This document shows, one piece after another, positions 48,995-62,737 of a stretch of DNA of 64,000 bases. Position 1 is the first letter of the stretch, and each line of letters opens with the position of its first letter. The stretch lies in the NCBI RefSeq assembly GCF_964194155.1, contig NC_135891.1, positions 102,300,001-102,364,000 of the forward strand, given 5' to 3'. The notes under the pieces were generated by a model. That model ran no database searches and was not told the DNA's origin. It saw nothing but the letters and a program-made list of their open reading frames with translations. The position numbers and the translations under genes were made by a program. The stretch is from Cetorhinus maximus (taxonomy: Eukaryota).

Positions 48995-50235
48995 ATGCAC
49001 ACCCTTCACCAGCGCACGCCTCGATGGGACCTAGATCTAGAGCAGGCTCGGGTTCGCAATCTCGTGTTCACCACATGGACATGTGTCCACAGCAGAAGGA
49101 GGCAAGTTCAGCCGAGCTCCCTGGCAATCTGAGGACTGCTGGGAAAGAGGCATCTGCGAGATCCTAATCAGGTGACAGGCCTCTGGATTCAATCTTCGAA
49201 CTCATCGTGGAGAGTCAGCAGAAGGCGGGGGAACATCACACAGAGCTGCTGGAAGCCCACAACAGAGTGGCACACATGTCAGAGGAGTGTGTCCGCCTGC
49301 TCTCTGATGAAGTGGTGCCCACATGTGCGCATATGGAGGTCTCCATTGGAAGGATGGCTGACACCATGGAGACCCTGGTCCAGCAGAAGGCAGTGATGAA
49401 TGCAGACCTGCACTCCATTGCGGTAGCCATGGGTGAGTTCCTGCAGTGGCAACGCAAGAGGGAAAAGGGGCACTTCAACATCCCTCGAGGTGCTCCTTCC
49501 CCTCAAGGAGTCAGGCTGGGGCCCTCAGGCACCTGGTGGCAAGAGGAGCGACAGCTGGACACCACTCAGGAATCTCAGTGGCTGTCCTCTCCCTCCTAGT
49601 CTCCTTTGCCTGTGACCCCCTCAACCTCAGTCACCATAGAGGGAGCATTTGGCTCACAGGAGGACAACCAAAGCAAGCCGGGACCCCTAAGGCTTTGGCT
49701 CTCCAGAGGACCCACGCCAAAGTCATCAGAGGCCACAGGGCCAACCATTGCACAGGCTGTCTCCACCCCTGCTGCAGATGTCAGGGCAGCACCGAGAAGT
49801 CTAAGGCGTTGAAAAGTTAAGAAATTCTGATCACAGTTCGTTGCATGGCTGAACACATTTTGTCACTTTACAATCTGAAAATATGTTCACTTTCATTGAA
49901 TAGTGTGTAATGGTGTGCGTCAGCTTCATTTACATCCATCATGAGTCAGCCCCCTGTATCCCATCCCTCCCCCAATGCAGTCGGAGCACGAGTGATTCTG
50001 GAGGGAGAAGTGTGTATGTGGCAGAGCTTCGTGCAAACACTCTCCCACGCACGCGGAGCTTTCCTCCATCACACTCATCTCAATGTCCTGAGCATTTTCA
50101 ATGCTGCCTGCTGGGGTTCACTTTCAGTTGTCCATCTGAGCTGACCTATATCTCCGCCCACACACTGATCACACTCCCAAGCAGCACCTGTTCTCGCCCA
50201 CCACGAGTCTCATTTCACTTTTGATTTAAAAAGCG
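48995..50235 (+). mobile_element. Probable Harbinger-type DNA transposon internal fragment (Myb/SANT partner ORF C-terminal remnant)
   Basis: GC-rich block with ORF 49207-49599 (coiled-coil-like, MEVSIGRMADTMETL); no DDE motif seen. Call is from recalled shark repeats. Confidence 0.4.
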
Positions 50236-51002
50236 TGGTAGTGGCACAGTTTTACTTCAGGTCCCCCCCCACCCCCCCTTTCCCCCCACCCAGTCACCCA
50301 CTTCCTTTCCCCCCATTACTGTTGACACCCTGGCCACCTCCCCACCATCATCTACCATTCACAACCCTTGGCAGCAGAATAATGCATCCTGTATTATTCA
50401 ATACAGGTGAAAATGTGCCAAAGTCAGGTTCTAATTCTTTTCAAGTGAATGCTGGGCAATGTCAAAGTTTAACTGGCGTTCAGGTTGCAGATCACAACCC
50501 TGGCTTTGGTTATCTTTGTTAAACATAATTGCCAAGATGAATTAAGAGGCTACAAGACATTCCGATTAGGAAACCATGCATTCTACACAGCTTAATCGAA
50601 GGTTTAGCCTTCATCTTATGAAGGCAATAGCCCAGATTTTGCAGCTGTAATGACAGGGAAACTATCAGCAGACACAGTCATTACAACTGTGAATTTGACA
50701 GCAATATTTGACATCTGCATTTATACAGTTAACTTGGAAATCTAGAAATCAATGATTCCTTGCTACACCACAGGGTATGGTATTGAAATCCAGGGAGATT
50801 GAAATCCTAAGGAATCACTTGAATTGCCTTTAATACCTTCATTAAAGTTTTCACTTGAAGGCACAAAATAAACTTATATTTACATAGTGCCTTTAATGCA
50901 ATAAAATATCCCAATACATGTAACTGTCCTGCAAAATATAATTTTTTTAGAAAAATTTGTTGCTTAAACCATAATTAGAAAGTTCAATTCTGAATTTTTA
51001 AA

Positions 51003-51313
51003 ATTTGTTCATGGGATGTGGGCATCACTGGAATTTGCTATTCCTTAATTGCCCTGTTCAGAGGGTATTTAAGAGTCAACCACATTGCTGTAGGTCTGGA
51101 GTCACATGTAGACCAGACCAGGCAAGAACAGCAGGTCTTCCTTCCCTAAAGAACATTTGTGAACCAGGTGTGTTTTTACAACAATTGATCATTAGACTTT
51201 TAATTCCAGGATATTATTGAATTCAAATTCCACCATCTGCTGTAGTGGGATTCGAACTTGAGTCCTCAGCGCATTACCAGTACAGTGACAATACCACTAC
51301 GCCATCGCCTCGC
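51003..51313 (-). mobile_element. HE1-type V-SINE (variant head/tail junction)
   Basis: Minus strand: tggcgtagtggtattgtcactg...gttcgaatccc...ccctctgaac|agggcaattaagg...cccacatcccatgaacaaa. Confidence 0.85.
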
Positions 51314-51898
51314 CATATGATGCAATTTCATTACAAATGAAATGTGCATGCTTACATGTAGTTTTCCTATTGTAAATGCTGGTTTAAAACGTATACACTA
51401 TACATTATATGAACACTACTGGTTCTCCATTGAGATTATGCTGTCATAACACTGAGGGTTATGTAATGTCATTCAATGTACTAGGACCACTATTTTGTTA
51501 CAACTGAATAAGTCAAATTGCATTATTACATGATATTCTTGGATTTTTGTTGGTGTACTGGAGTCAAATAAGACATTAAGTAGCACTGGAGTTCTCCAGA
51601 GCTTTCAAGAACTGGTGGGGATTTGTTCTTATTGGCAGCATTGAGGAAAAGCATGTTGGAAAATGACGATGCTGGGAGAGCAATCCTGGGTTAACCACTA
51701 GTGAGGTGAGGAGAAAAGGGAAGAAAGGGGCATTGCTCTGGACACCTCAGAATCAATCCTCTATCAGAAAAATAGAGATTACGTCTCGGAAAAAGGAATT
51801 AAATACACTCACAACCAACCAAAGTTCGGAAATGTTACGAGTCAGTTGAAATATTTAGGCTTTTTAAAAAAAAGACAAGTTTAAAATCTATATTTTCA

Positions 51899-53280
51899 AA
51901 AAAAAGAACTGGAAAAACTCAGCAGGTCTGACAGCATCTGCGGAGAGGAATACAGTTAAAGTTTCGAGTCCGTATGACTCTTCATAAGAACTAAGGAAAT
52001 ATAGAAATGTGATGAAATATAAGCTTGTTGAGGGGGTGGGACAGATAGAGCTGGATAGAGGGCCAGTGATAGGTGGAGGCAAAGAAGAGATTGCCAAAGA
52101 TGTCATAGACAAAAGGACAAAGGGGTGTTGACGGTGGTGATATTAGCTAAGGAATGTGCTAATGGTGACATTAAAGGTAGAAAGCAGGACAAGCAAGGGA
52201 CAGATAGCCCTAGTGGGGGTGGGGTGGTGGGGAAGGGGTTGAAATGGGCTAAAAGATGGAGATAAAACGATAGATCGAAATAAATTTAAAAATAGGTCAC
52301 AAAAGAAAAATATATATTTTTTAAATTATAAATTATTGGAAAATTATAAATTATTGGAAAGGGGGTGGGGATGGAGGAGCGAGTTCATGATCTGAAGTTG
52401 TTGAACTCTATGTTAAGTCCGGAAGGCTGTAGCGTGCCTAGTCGGAAGATGAGGTGCTGTTCCTCCAGTTTGCATTGAGCTTCACTGGAACATTGCAGCA
52501 GGCCAAGGGCGGACATGTGGGCATGAGAGCAGGGTGGTGTGTTGAAATGGCAAGCGACAGGGAGGTCTGGGTCATGCTTATGGACAGAACGAAGGTGTTC
52601 CATAAAGCGGTCACCCAGTCTGCGTTTGATCTCTCCAATGTAGAGGAAACCGCATTGGAAGCAGCGAATGCAATAGACTAAATTGAGGGAAGTGCAAATG
52701 AAGTGCTGCTTCACTTGAAAGGAGTGTTTGGGCCCTTGGACAGTGAGGAGGGGGGAAGTAAAGGGGCAGGTGTTACACCTTCTGCAGTTGCATGGGAAGA
52801 TGCTGTGGGAGGGGGTTGAGGTGTAGGGGGTGATGGAGGAGTGGACCAGGGTGTCCCGGAGGGAACGATCCCTGTGGAATGTCGCCGGGGGGGTGGTGAA
52901 GGGAAGGTGTGTTTGGTGGTGGCATCATGCTGGAGTTGGCGGAAATGGCGAAGGATGATCCTTTGAATGCGGAGGCTGGTGGGGTGACAAGTGAGGACAA
53001 GAGGGACCCTATCATGGTTCTGGGAGGGAGAGGAAAGAGTGAGGGTTGATGCGCGGAAGATGGGCCGGACACGGTTGAGGGCCCTGTCAACCACCGTAGG
53101 TGGAAAACCTCAGTTAAGGAAGGAGGAAGACATGTCAGAGGAACTGTTTTTGAAAGTGGCATCATCAGAACAGATGCGACAGAGGCGAAGGAACTGAGAG
53201 AATGGGGTGAAGTCCTTACAGGAAGTGGGGCGTGAGGAGCTGTAGTCGAGGTAGCTGTGGGAGTCGGTAGGCTTGGAATG
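51899..53280 (-). mobile_element. Penelope-like element, left arm (RT C-terminus + GIY-YIG + 3' region)
   Basis: KPTDSHSYLDYSSSRP...FSQFLRLCRICSD; NLVYCIRCFQCGFLYIGEIKRRLGDRFMEH...LEEQHLIFRLGTLQPSGLN. Confidence 0.95.
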
Positions 53281-53294
53281 AAATTGAGGGATGT

Positions 53295-54493
53295 CTTTCC
53301 TACCTCCTGCGCATCCGCCCTCACTCCTTCCTCTCCCTCCCAGAACCATGATAGGGTCCCCCTTGTCCTCACTTATCACCCCACCAGCCTCCGCATTCAA
53401 AGGATCATCCTCCACCATTTCCGCCAACTCCAGCATGATGCCACCACCAAACACATCTTCCCTTCAGCCCCCCGGAGGCATTCCGCAGGGATCGTTCCCT
53501 CCGGGACACCCTGGTCCACTCCTCCGTCACCCCCTACACCTCAACCCCCTCCCACAGCACTTTCCCATGCAACCACAGGTGTAACACCAGCCCCTTTACT
53601 TTCCCCATCTTCACTGTCCAAGGGCCCAAACACTCCTTTCAAGTGAAGCAGCACTTCACTTGCACTTCCCTCAATTTAGTCTACTGCATTCGCTGCTCCC
53701 AAAGCAGTCTCCTCTACTTTGGAGAGACCAAACACAGACTGGGTGACCGCTTTGCGGAACACCTTCGGTCTGTCCGAAAGCATGACCCAGACCTCCCTGT
53801 CACTTACCATTTCAACACACCACCCTGCTCTCATGCCCACATGTCCATCCTTGGCCTGCTGCAATGTTCCAGTGAAGCTCAATGCAAACTGGAGGAACAG
53901 CACCTCATCTTCCGACTAGGCACGCTACAGCCTTCCGGACTTAACATAGAGTTCAACAACTTCAGATCACGAACATTCTCCTCCATCCCCACCCCCTTTC
54001 CGATTCCCTTTTTTCCAATAATACATAAATTTTAAAAAATATATATTTTTCCCCACCTATTTTAAAATTTATTTTGATGTATCGTTTTATCTCCACCTTA
54101 TAGCCCATTTCGATCCCTTCCCCCCACCCCACCCCACTAGGACCATCTGTCACTTGCTTGTCCTGCTTTCTACCCTTAATGCCACCATTAGCACATTCCT
54201 TAGATAATATCACCACCGTCAACACCCCTTTGTCCTTTTGTCTATGACATCTTTGGCAATCTCTTCTTTGCCTCCACCTATCACTGGCCCTCTATCCAGC
54301 TCTACATGTCCCACCCCCCTCAACCAGCTTATATTTCACCACATTTCTATATTTCCTTAGTTCTGATGAAGAGTCATACGGACTTGAAACGTTAACTGTA
54401 TTCCTCTCCGCAAATGCTGTCAGACCTGCTGAGTTTTTCCAGCTATTTTTGTTTTTGTTTCAGATTTCCAGCATCCGCAGTATTTTTTGCTTT
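53295..54493 (+). mobile_element. Penelope-like element, right (inverted) arm
   Basis: Reverse complement of about 51899-53062 with scattered substitutions; GIY-YIG ORF 53643-54035. Confidence 0.95.
54359..54397 (+). ncRNA. Minimal type I hammerhead ribozyme in the Penelope 3' region
   Basis: AGTT-CTGATGA-A-GAGTC(ATACG)GACTT-GAAAC-GTT-AACT. Confidence 0.78.
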
Positions 54494-55344
54494 TGTCTGT
54501 TATAGCTGACTGCTTAAGAAAAATTAGATGTTAAAAAAATAGAAGTATTTAAGTGACTTGGCCAGTTTACCTTCTACATGCCAAAGAGAAACTATATTAC
54601 TGAATCACAATGGCTATATGGCCATTGACAGACAGGAAGGGCACACACTTATGTTTCTATAATAATTACTACTACTCTGAAACTTCCTGGAATGGTACTT
54701 ATTGTAAATCTGAGGATGCGCTGCATTTGAAGTCTAATTATTTGCTCCTAGGAATTAAGCAAGAGATTACAGATATCTTTTGCATCCCTTAGTACTACTT
54801 TGTACTGTAGCAAAAAGACAGAGGTGTGACAGATAGACCTACTACTTCTAGTATGGAAGGAAGGAAAGAAAATAGATTTAACCTGAAGGGAAGTAGAGTG
54901 GTGCAGTATCAACATTGTACTACATAGGATTGGGATCAGAGTCAGAGTCACATCATATGCAGAGCACTGAGAAGAGACTCCTCCCCACTCTCTCTCTCTC
55001 TCTCACATGCCTAATTACACTGTTAAGAGAGGCAACGATAGATACTTCTGAATAAAATTCCCTCTAAACTAGATGGGTGTGCAACTGTGCAGCAATCGGC
55101 AACATGCTGAACAGGGACAAAAGACTGTACACAAACAATGGTCCCTTTAAGATGCACACATACACAGCAATCTTAAAGGTATTGCATAATGAAGGGAAAT
55201 CTGTGCTCAGACACAGTTGGTGTAAAATCCAACCTCAAGGAAAAAAGTGATGGTTGCTTGCATTCAAAAAGACAGAACAAAACTTAGAAATTGGCTCCAA
55301 TAAGGTGAAATATTTCAAAACAAAGAACACAATTAGATTCTTAC

Positions 55345-57239
55345 CTGCTTGGAAACTCTGCCCTTATCTTCATTCTTTACTTCTTTAGACTCATTGAAAA
55401 TCCTTAGACATTCCTCCATAGGATCAGACTCAAAATCAAAATCCTTTTCAAGACCAGGGAAATCAACTTCATCCTCTGAAGACAAAGATCTTTGTTGCAA
55501 GATTCCCCCCGTTTCACCATCACTCGAACTGGTATAGGGGTCTCGGTCAGAGTTTGAATCTGACTTATAAGTCGCTGCAGCAACTGGTTTACTGGTGCTT
55601 TCATCATCACTACTGTCATCACCAAACAAGTCTGTGTGACTCAGTGTTCGCTTTGTAAAGCTTGCATTTTTTTTTCTGTTTTCTGGATGTATTGCTTTAT
55701 CTTTCAGGGATTTTGACTCCTTGATCTCCTCATCCTTCCTTTTATTACCTACATGAATCCCATTTTTATGCATTAATGCTTTGGATTTTGAATTGCCATT
55801 ATCTTTGTCAGATTTCTGAATACTTGTGATCATAACTTCATGGCATTTGATTTTTCCTGCACTATCCAATGAGCTATATGATCTAGATTTTGATCGCTTT
55901 TCACTTTTTACCCCATTCAATTTGCTCATTTTTCCTTTCTCTATCTTTCTACTAGAACTTCCATCACTTTTAACCTTTTGCTTTTCTTCTTTGACCTTAT
56001 GTTTCTCATCACCTTTGCGTTTCTTTTCAGCAACTGAGACATCACCATTCTTTTCTTTTTTTTTCAATTTCTCCACTTGTTTTTCTTGCTTAATTTCTAA
56101 TCTGTTTTTATTGCTTTTTATTTTCCCCTTCTTGCTAGCTTTCTCCAATTGGTGGGAAGTTTTGCTTTTAGTGCTGTCTATTTTGTCCTTTTTCACTGTC
56201 AGTTTTGAGCCACCTAGGTCACTACCTTTATCCTTTTTCTCTCTACTTTCTCGACCCTGGAGTTCTCCCTTGTTATATTTTGAAATCTTAGAAGAATGAC
56301 TGGTAGACTTCAACTTCTGTTTCCCTCTGTTCTCCTGTTGTTTACTCTCAAAGCCGCAAACATCGTCTACATCATACTGAACTGCAATCTCTTTCACAGC
56401 CCGTTTATTCAAGTCTTTAGCCTTTAAAGATAATCCTTCATCTGACTTATTGTCACAAAACACAGGATTTTGAAACTTCGAAGTGTCCCCATGACTTTGC
56501 GGATAGTTATTACTAAGTTCATCGTCAGAGTCTGGGAACTCCATATCCACATCACAGGCGCCCAAGTTCAATCGATGGCAACGCTTCTTTGTTGCTGCTG
56601 TATATGGCTCCTCCAAGCTGTTCTCTCTGGGCCTCTTGGTTCCATGTTCCTTTGACTTTTTTTTGCTCATCAGCCGTGCTGAATAGTTCAATAAAGGATC
56701 ATACTCTAAATCAGTGCATGGCTTGGTGTTGTCGATCACATATTTATTACTGGGTACAGAGGTAGCATATTTGACTGGCTTAGTCACAAGCGTTGGAACA
56801 TATTTTAATGAATTACCCTTTGCATCAGCTTCATCATCTGTATCCAAAGTATATTTACTGAAACGAGCAGTAATTGAAAGTGGAGTAGGGGTGTACTCTA
56901 CATTACTATTTAGGCTGTAACTGTCTGGATTATATTCTAAAGAGTTTGTCAACTTATTCTCAATAGGTAAAAGCTTTGTGCAACTCTTGGTCTTGCCAAG
57001 TGCCTTCTGTGTAGTTGGTGTTGAAGGCACATACTCCTCCTCTGCATCCAGAAGATCCTCATATCTTGACAGCTTTTTCTGCTCTTGTTCAACTTCATTC
57101 TTGACCGCCTCGATGGCTTTGTTGACCAGTTCCAATTCCAGCGTACTGGAGCTGGATTCCGTAAGGTCAGCTGATATTTCATCTCCATTTCTGGATGAAC
57201 CCTTAGGAAGCTCAGGATTATAAGGGTCATAACCAAGCT
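55345..57239 (-). CDS. REXO1: REXO1 large coding exon (probably exon 2), EloA-BP1 region
   Basis: tctttctttag|AGCTTGGTTAT (LGYDPYNPELPK) ... ELELVNKAIEAVKNEVE, PCTDLEYDPLLNYSAR, RTLSHTDLFGD, DSDPMEECLRIFNES-type motifs ... AAGCAG|gtaaga; 1895 nt open. Confidence 0.97.
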
Positions 57240-60200
57240 CTAAAGAAAGACAAACATTAAAGTACAGTAAATATTAAGTAAAGGGCTCAAATGGATCTAC
57301 AAAATTAAATTAATCTTCTACATAAATACAGTTTCTTTCGAAGTAGACCAGAATAAACCATTAAAATGAATCTAAAGATCACTTCACAAAAGTACACTTG
57401 CACATGGCAAGGTAATTACTATTTCAATTTCTTGCCCTTTCTTTTTACTCTTTAAGCACTTCCTTACCAAAGCAAAAATACTATTACATAACTTATAAAT
57501 TTGAACGAGTAGCATGAAGAGAAGAGGAAACTGATGGCAATATTCTAAAGTCAGAATTGAGATGGTTGCATCTTGATTTAGGAATTTAACCATTAAACTG
57601 AGCCTGCTGTTAACTGAACTAGATAAACAGCAAAATGTGCATGAAAATGTACTTGAGGAAATCACAAACAATAGCTTCAAAGGGCAATTCCTCTGCTGTT
57701 CACAGCATTTATTTCAGCTAGTTGCAATTGTGATGATTTGTATTAATATGTATATAAAGAGTTGTGCACTTTCTCCACCTGTATCTTTCTCTCCCCAATC
57801 CAATAATTTTCCAAAGTTCCGGGACTGACTGCCGCTGGGGTGGATGTTGAATGGCAGCTAGATAATACTCCACTGAGTAAAACAGAACCAACAAATCAAC
57901 ATCTAACCGGAGGCACCCCAGGCACACAGATTTCGACAGCTGCTTCAAAAGTACCATTGATAAAGGCTTGGGAGTTTTATTTTTTTGCTTACCCATTGTC
58001 ATCACAGAAATAACACATGGCAAAGCAACTCTTACAACAGATGTCAAAATATATAAGCCAAAAGGGGTAAACAAGTGTTACAACCATATACCTATTAAAA
58101 ATTCGCTGACTTTTTTTTTTAAACACACAATCTATTATTCTCATGCAGATATTATTGATGAGATGTGTGCCTGCGCACACACTATTCCTGCTGTAGCTAC
58201 AAACATCAGGACAATGTAATGTGCTAGTGCGCCTTGACCTGAAACCAAGCTATCTTCACACTCTGACATAAACTTAAACTGAAACTTAAAATATATCCAT
58301 TTTTGAAGACTACTCACATCATTTATTAAAGGGGCTTTCCCAACCAATTTTTAGTTCCCCAACGGTTTTTTTTAATACCCGGTACTGGTTCCAATTAAAC
58401 TGTTATGCACCCAATTTACATTCTTGTTTTGGTAGGCTACAGCACAAGAAGAACAGGTTGTAGTTATCCATGATTTTTGACAATAATTATAGCAAAATAA
58501 ATTCAAAGATAATCCAAAGTCATCAGCCTGAAATGTTAACTCTGTTTCTCTCTCTACAGTTGCTGCCTGACTTGCTGAGTATTTCCAGCATTTTGTTTAT
58601 TTCAGGTTTCCAGCATCCACTCCGCCCCTGCGCCTCCCCCACCCCCATCCAAGGACAAGGATCTATATCAGGATGGAGATATACTCTCACAACTAGAAAG
58701 CAAATGATGTTCCATTATTTTTCACCAGCAACATTTGGTCATAAAGGATAATTTTCTGGTAAGCAGTGACCTGTACCAGACCAAGCATCACTGCCAAGTC
58801 CCAATCCAGAGTGACATATTACTACAGCCTAGCAAAACAGATGCCTTTTTAAAAGGCTCCCATACCACTACTTCACCTGTTAATCTTATTGTTGCTGAAT
58901 GTGATCTGTGTATGCACAAATCAGTTAACAATTGAACAAAAAAATTGTTCAATATATTCGAAAACAGACATTGCAGGATCACATATTGAAAAAAGCTAGG
59001 TAGTTTCTGCTCCATAACATTAAGTCAGGAACCAAGAAACCCTATGATTTAATTTGGTTTCATTTTTACTATATGTCCAGTGCCTGGAAGTTCAGCAGTT
59101 GAGGAAACTGACTAAACGGTTTCGAACAACTTGTTCTAACGACTGTCATGAAGGTAGTCGCCACATTTCTGAAGTTATCAACTCTAAAATATTACTAGAC
59201 GTGCATTATCATGTTAATATCCTTACAAAGTTGCCTTTTTAAACATTAAAAAAAACGTCTTTTAATTTGTAAAGTCACTGGTATTGGTTTTCACACAAAG
59301 AAATACATGTTGTTGCAAAATGTCTTTATGTTGCTTTCATGCAATTCTTCTGGAATCTCTCCCTCCCTAAAACAGTAACAGTTTCCCCTAAATTCACATA
59401 AGTGTAATAAACTTAAAAATAAGAACCCTATAACAAAGAGGTTAGCCCAGTGTTAGGAGGGCCAATAATTGGAAATCTTGGACTTAGTGCTCACATCGAT
59501 ACCAGGTGACCAAGGGTCCACCTGCGCCATTATTATTCAATCGAAGCGGCTGTGGCCATAAAATTAGCATAAATCCAGGAAATTCATGATTGCCATTGAC
59601 TTGAATGGGACAGTGTAGCTATGATTAGCAACTAGTCATGGATTTGGCAAAAGGCATTTTTGCAAAAGTTCCAGGAAATTATTGCACTGTGAATATGGCA
59701 TAACACAATTACATCATCATTCACACTGCACCATAATTTACTATTGCGCTGCTCTGTAACTCTCTCTCACCTTAATTTCCTGGGATTTTTGAGCTGAAGA
59801 ACAGACCCAACAGTGTATATGTGCCCTCAGACTCCTGCATACAGCTAAATAACTAATTTAGTTCAGCAAACTAAAGGGATATGGAATTTATGGAGGCACA
59901 AAGTTGGTACCCCCTGACAATGCAAATTGTAGTTTATACTGAGCTATATAGAACAAGATGGTCACATTTTCATTATCTGATCCATACTTGAGTTAGAAGA
60001 TCTCAGCTACAGCAAAAACACAAATTCTATAATTAGCATCAGCACGCTGAGTTTAGGGAGCAAAATCAAATAGATTGCTTGTTCGTTTTTAAGTTATTTA
60101 CCAGCATTGAGGTATAGTTCAGCAGGTAATGGCAGCTTTCTGATACCTACCTTGGATTCATTTTTATTTGTAGATTCAGCGGATAAGATAAGGGCAGGCA

Positions 60201-62274
60201 GGGAGCCAAAGCTAAATCCTATTCCCACCTGACACTTCCACTTGTGTATTTTCCAACAAGGGTCAGACTAAGATACATAACTAATAAAAATCACGTTTCA
60301 GAACAGAATGTTTCAATCGCATCATTACTCGCACTTTCAGGATCTGAATGGCAGGTACTCAAAATCTAAGGCTGAGCACCTACTTTGGTCACTGTATGCA
60401 GAATAAATATTACAAAATTTGTCATTTCAGTTAATATTTTGCAACTGTTTTGCAAGTAACCTAATGGCTAATTGTTAGTAACACTGAATATGAAAGGAAA
60501 AATACATTGCTTAATTTAGCAACGTGCTCTAAATAAACACATAATGAAGCAATAGTCTGATGGAGTTGTACCTGTACCGAGCAACACACAACCCGCTGTA
60601 CGCTACAAGCTAGTCCTTAATAAAGGTAACTGCTATTATTTTTTAAAACTCATCTATAGTTGAATATATATACTTTAGCATACTAAACAAAGCATTTTAT
60701 CTTAAATACACTAGTTTTCAAGCTGATCTGCAAAATTCCTCTCATGGCTATATTAAAATAGAAGCAAATGTAATATCTTCTGTATAGTGTAAATACTTAA
60801 ACTAAAAAAGGCACAATCTTATACTCATTATAAAACATGTTTTGATATACTTGTACACACATGCAGTACACATCAAATATTTTAAGCATTATCTACCTAG
60901 AGAATGATTTACCTACAGTACAATGCCATTTGCTATTCTTTTCCAAAGTCTAAAATTAGAACTGCAGACAGACAAACAGTTACCACAATTCTGGTCGCTC
61001 AGCAGGTATAAAATATACTTGTTCATGTCTTCCTAGAATTTAACTTTGCAGCATACCACTCACTGCACCACTCATGTTTGCAATATGCACTACCAACAAG
61101 GGACCACTTGGCTTCTGAAGATAATATGCTTGTGGTATCAGAGATCCCAGGGTTACGCAGCTGCTAATATCTCAATAGACCATCCCCTAAAAACACCTCA
61201 GTAAAAGAAAAGTACACATGCTTCAGTGATGATTTCACCTTCAATTTACACTTCATAATTTTGAACAGTGTTCAAGAATGTGCATATTAATTACTTACAC
61301 CACTTACATGATTCCACTGGCCTGTAGGAAATTTCTGAGATGCAAATTAAAGCTAGTCAAGAGATAATTGTTCTCAATTCAAAAAGAACAATTCCTATAC
61401 TAGAGCTCCTCCAAATCCCCAGCATGTAGTGTGGTTTTCTGGGGTCAACGGGCAAGCACAGCTCAGGCTGGATTGAATTCACAGCCCCCACTGTTCCCAA
61501 TGGATTTGTTCCAAGATGCTCCTTGCAGGACTATAATGAGCTTACACTCAAAAATCAGCCCTGAAAACAGTATATTTACTGCTTACACAACACTTCAATT
61601 TCTAACCATGAGGCAACTCCCAACTCTTGACTGTTGGTCCCAGTTGAGGGACCATGGGGAGTTGAACTCAGCTTAAGTCAAAAATATCTAAGTGCGACTC
61701 ATGCAAAAGTAAAGGCAGCTTTGAAACAGCCACACAGGTGAGGTGCTATTCTCTGTGTTGAGTTACCCAAATCCACTGGGGTGGCATTGGGTGCACCCCT
61801 GCCCTACAGTGGGGATGAAAAGTCAACCCTTGCTCCACACCTGACTTATGCATGATCGCTATTAAAACATTCCCTTTGTGGGCATAAGATGAGGAAAGGC
61901 TTGGCTGCAATGCCATCTCCAATAGACTGATCAACTTAACTTACCCATGTAAAATGGCCATGCAAGAGCCACCAAAAAGGACCTTAGAACACTTAAAGTC
62001 AAAAATAGGAGACACAATTGTCAAAAAAGTCTGTAATTTTACAGCCACTTCAAAGTTAACAAATATGCCCAAATTTATCTAAAAAGGTCAATTCATTAGT
62101 GCTAAGAGGCACCAAGATGATATTAAAATGTCATACCAACCACATCCAAATTGTTATACACTACGTTTCTGAATGTCCCTCTTAATGCAGTCTTGACTCT
62201 CACCTGAGCATCCAGTTTTTCCCAACATGGGTGAGCAAATCAGATTCAATCGAATGCTGATCTGTGCTCAGCAC

Positions 62275-62700
62275 CAGAAGGTACATTTATTGCAGTACAA
62301 GTAAAATAATTCTCAGAAAGTCCCAAGCAATTTTACAGCCAATGAATTACTTTTGAAGATGTAGTCACTGTTGTAATAGAGGCTACTGCAGCAGCTAGTT
62401 TACCCACAGCAAGATGTCACAAACGTCAATGAGATGGAAGACAAGTTAACCTGATTTTACGTTGATGGATAAATGTTAGCCATGAATCCAGTAAATCTCC
62501 TCTGCTCTGCTTTAAATAGTGCAATGTGATCTTCTATAACCACCTGAGGAGGCAGACGAGATTTAGCATCTCGCCTGAAAACTGGCACATCTGACAATGC
62601 AGTTCTTCTTCAGCGATGCACTGAAGTATCTGCCTAGATTATGTATTCAAATGGGGCTTGAACCAACGACCTTCTGATGCAGTGGCTAGGGTGGCTATCA
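62275..62700 (-). mobile_element. DeuSINE (SacSINE1-like)
   Basis: ttttacagccaatgaa.tacttttgaag.tgtagtcactgttgtaa...ggataaatgtt.gcca...ctgacaatgcag...tgcactgaagt.tc.gcctagattatgt...cttgaacc.acgaccttctga. Confidence 0.75.
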
Positions 62701-62737
62701 TGGGCCAGATATAAGGTGTTCTTCCTAAATGAAGCAA

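Noticed and set aside
49172-49856. Cluster of overlapping ORFs as a host gene
   Set aside because: GC-rich, fragmented and without exon structure; better explained as a transposon remnant.
55826-56299. 157-aa hydrophobic plus-strand ORF suggesting a membrane protein
   Set aside because: Antisense shadow of the Lys/Glu-rich part of the large REXO1 exon.
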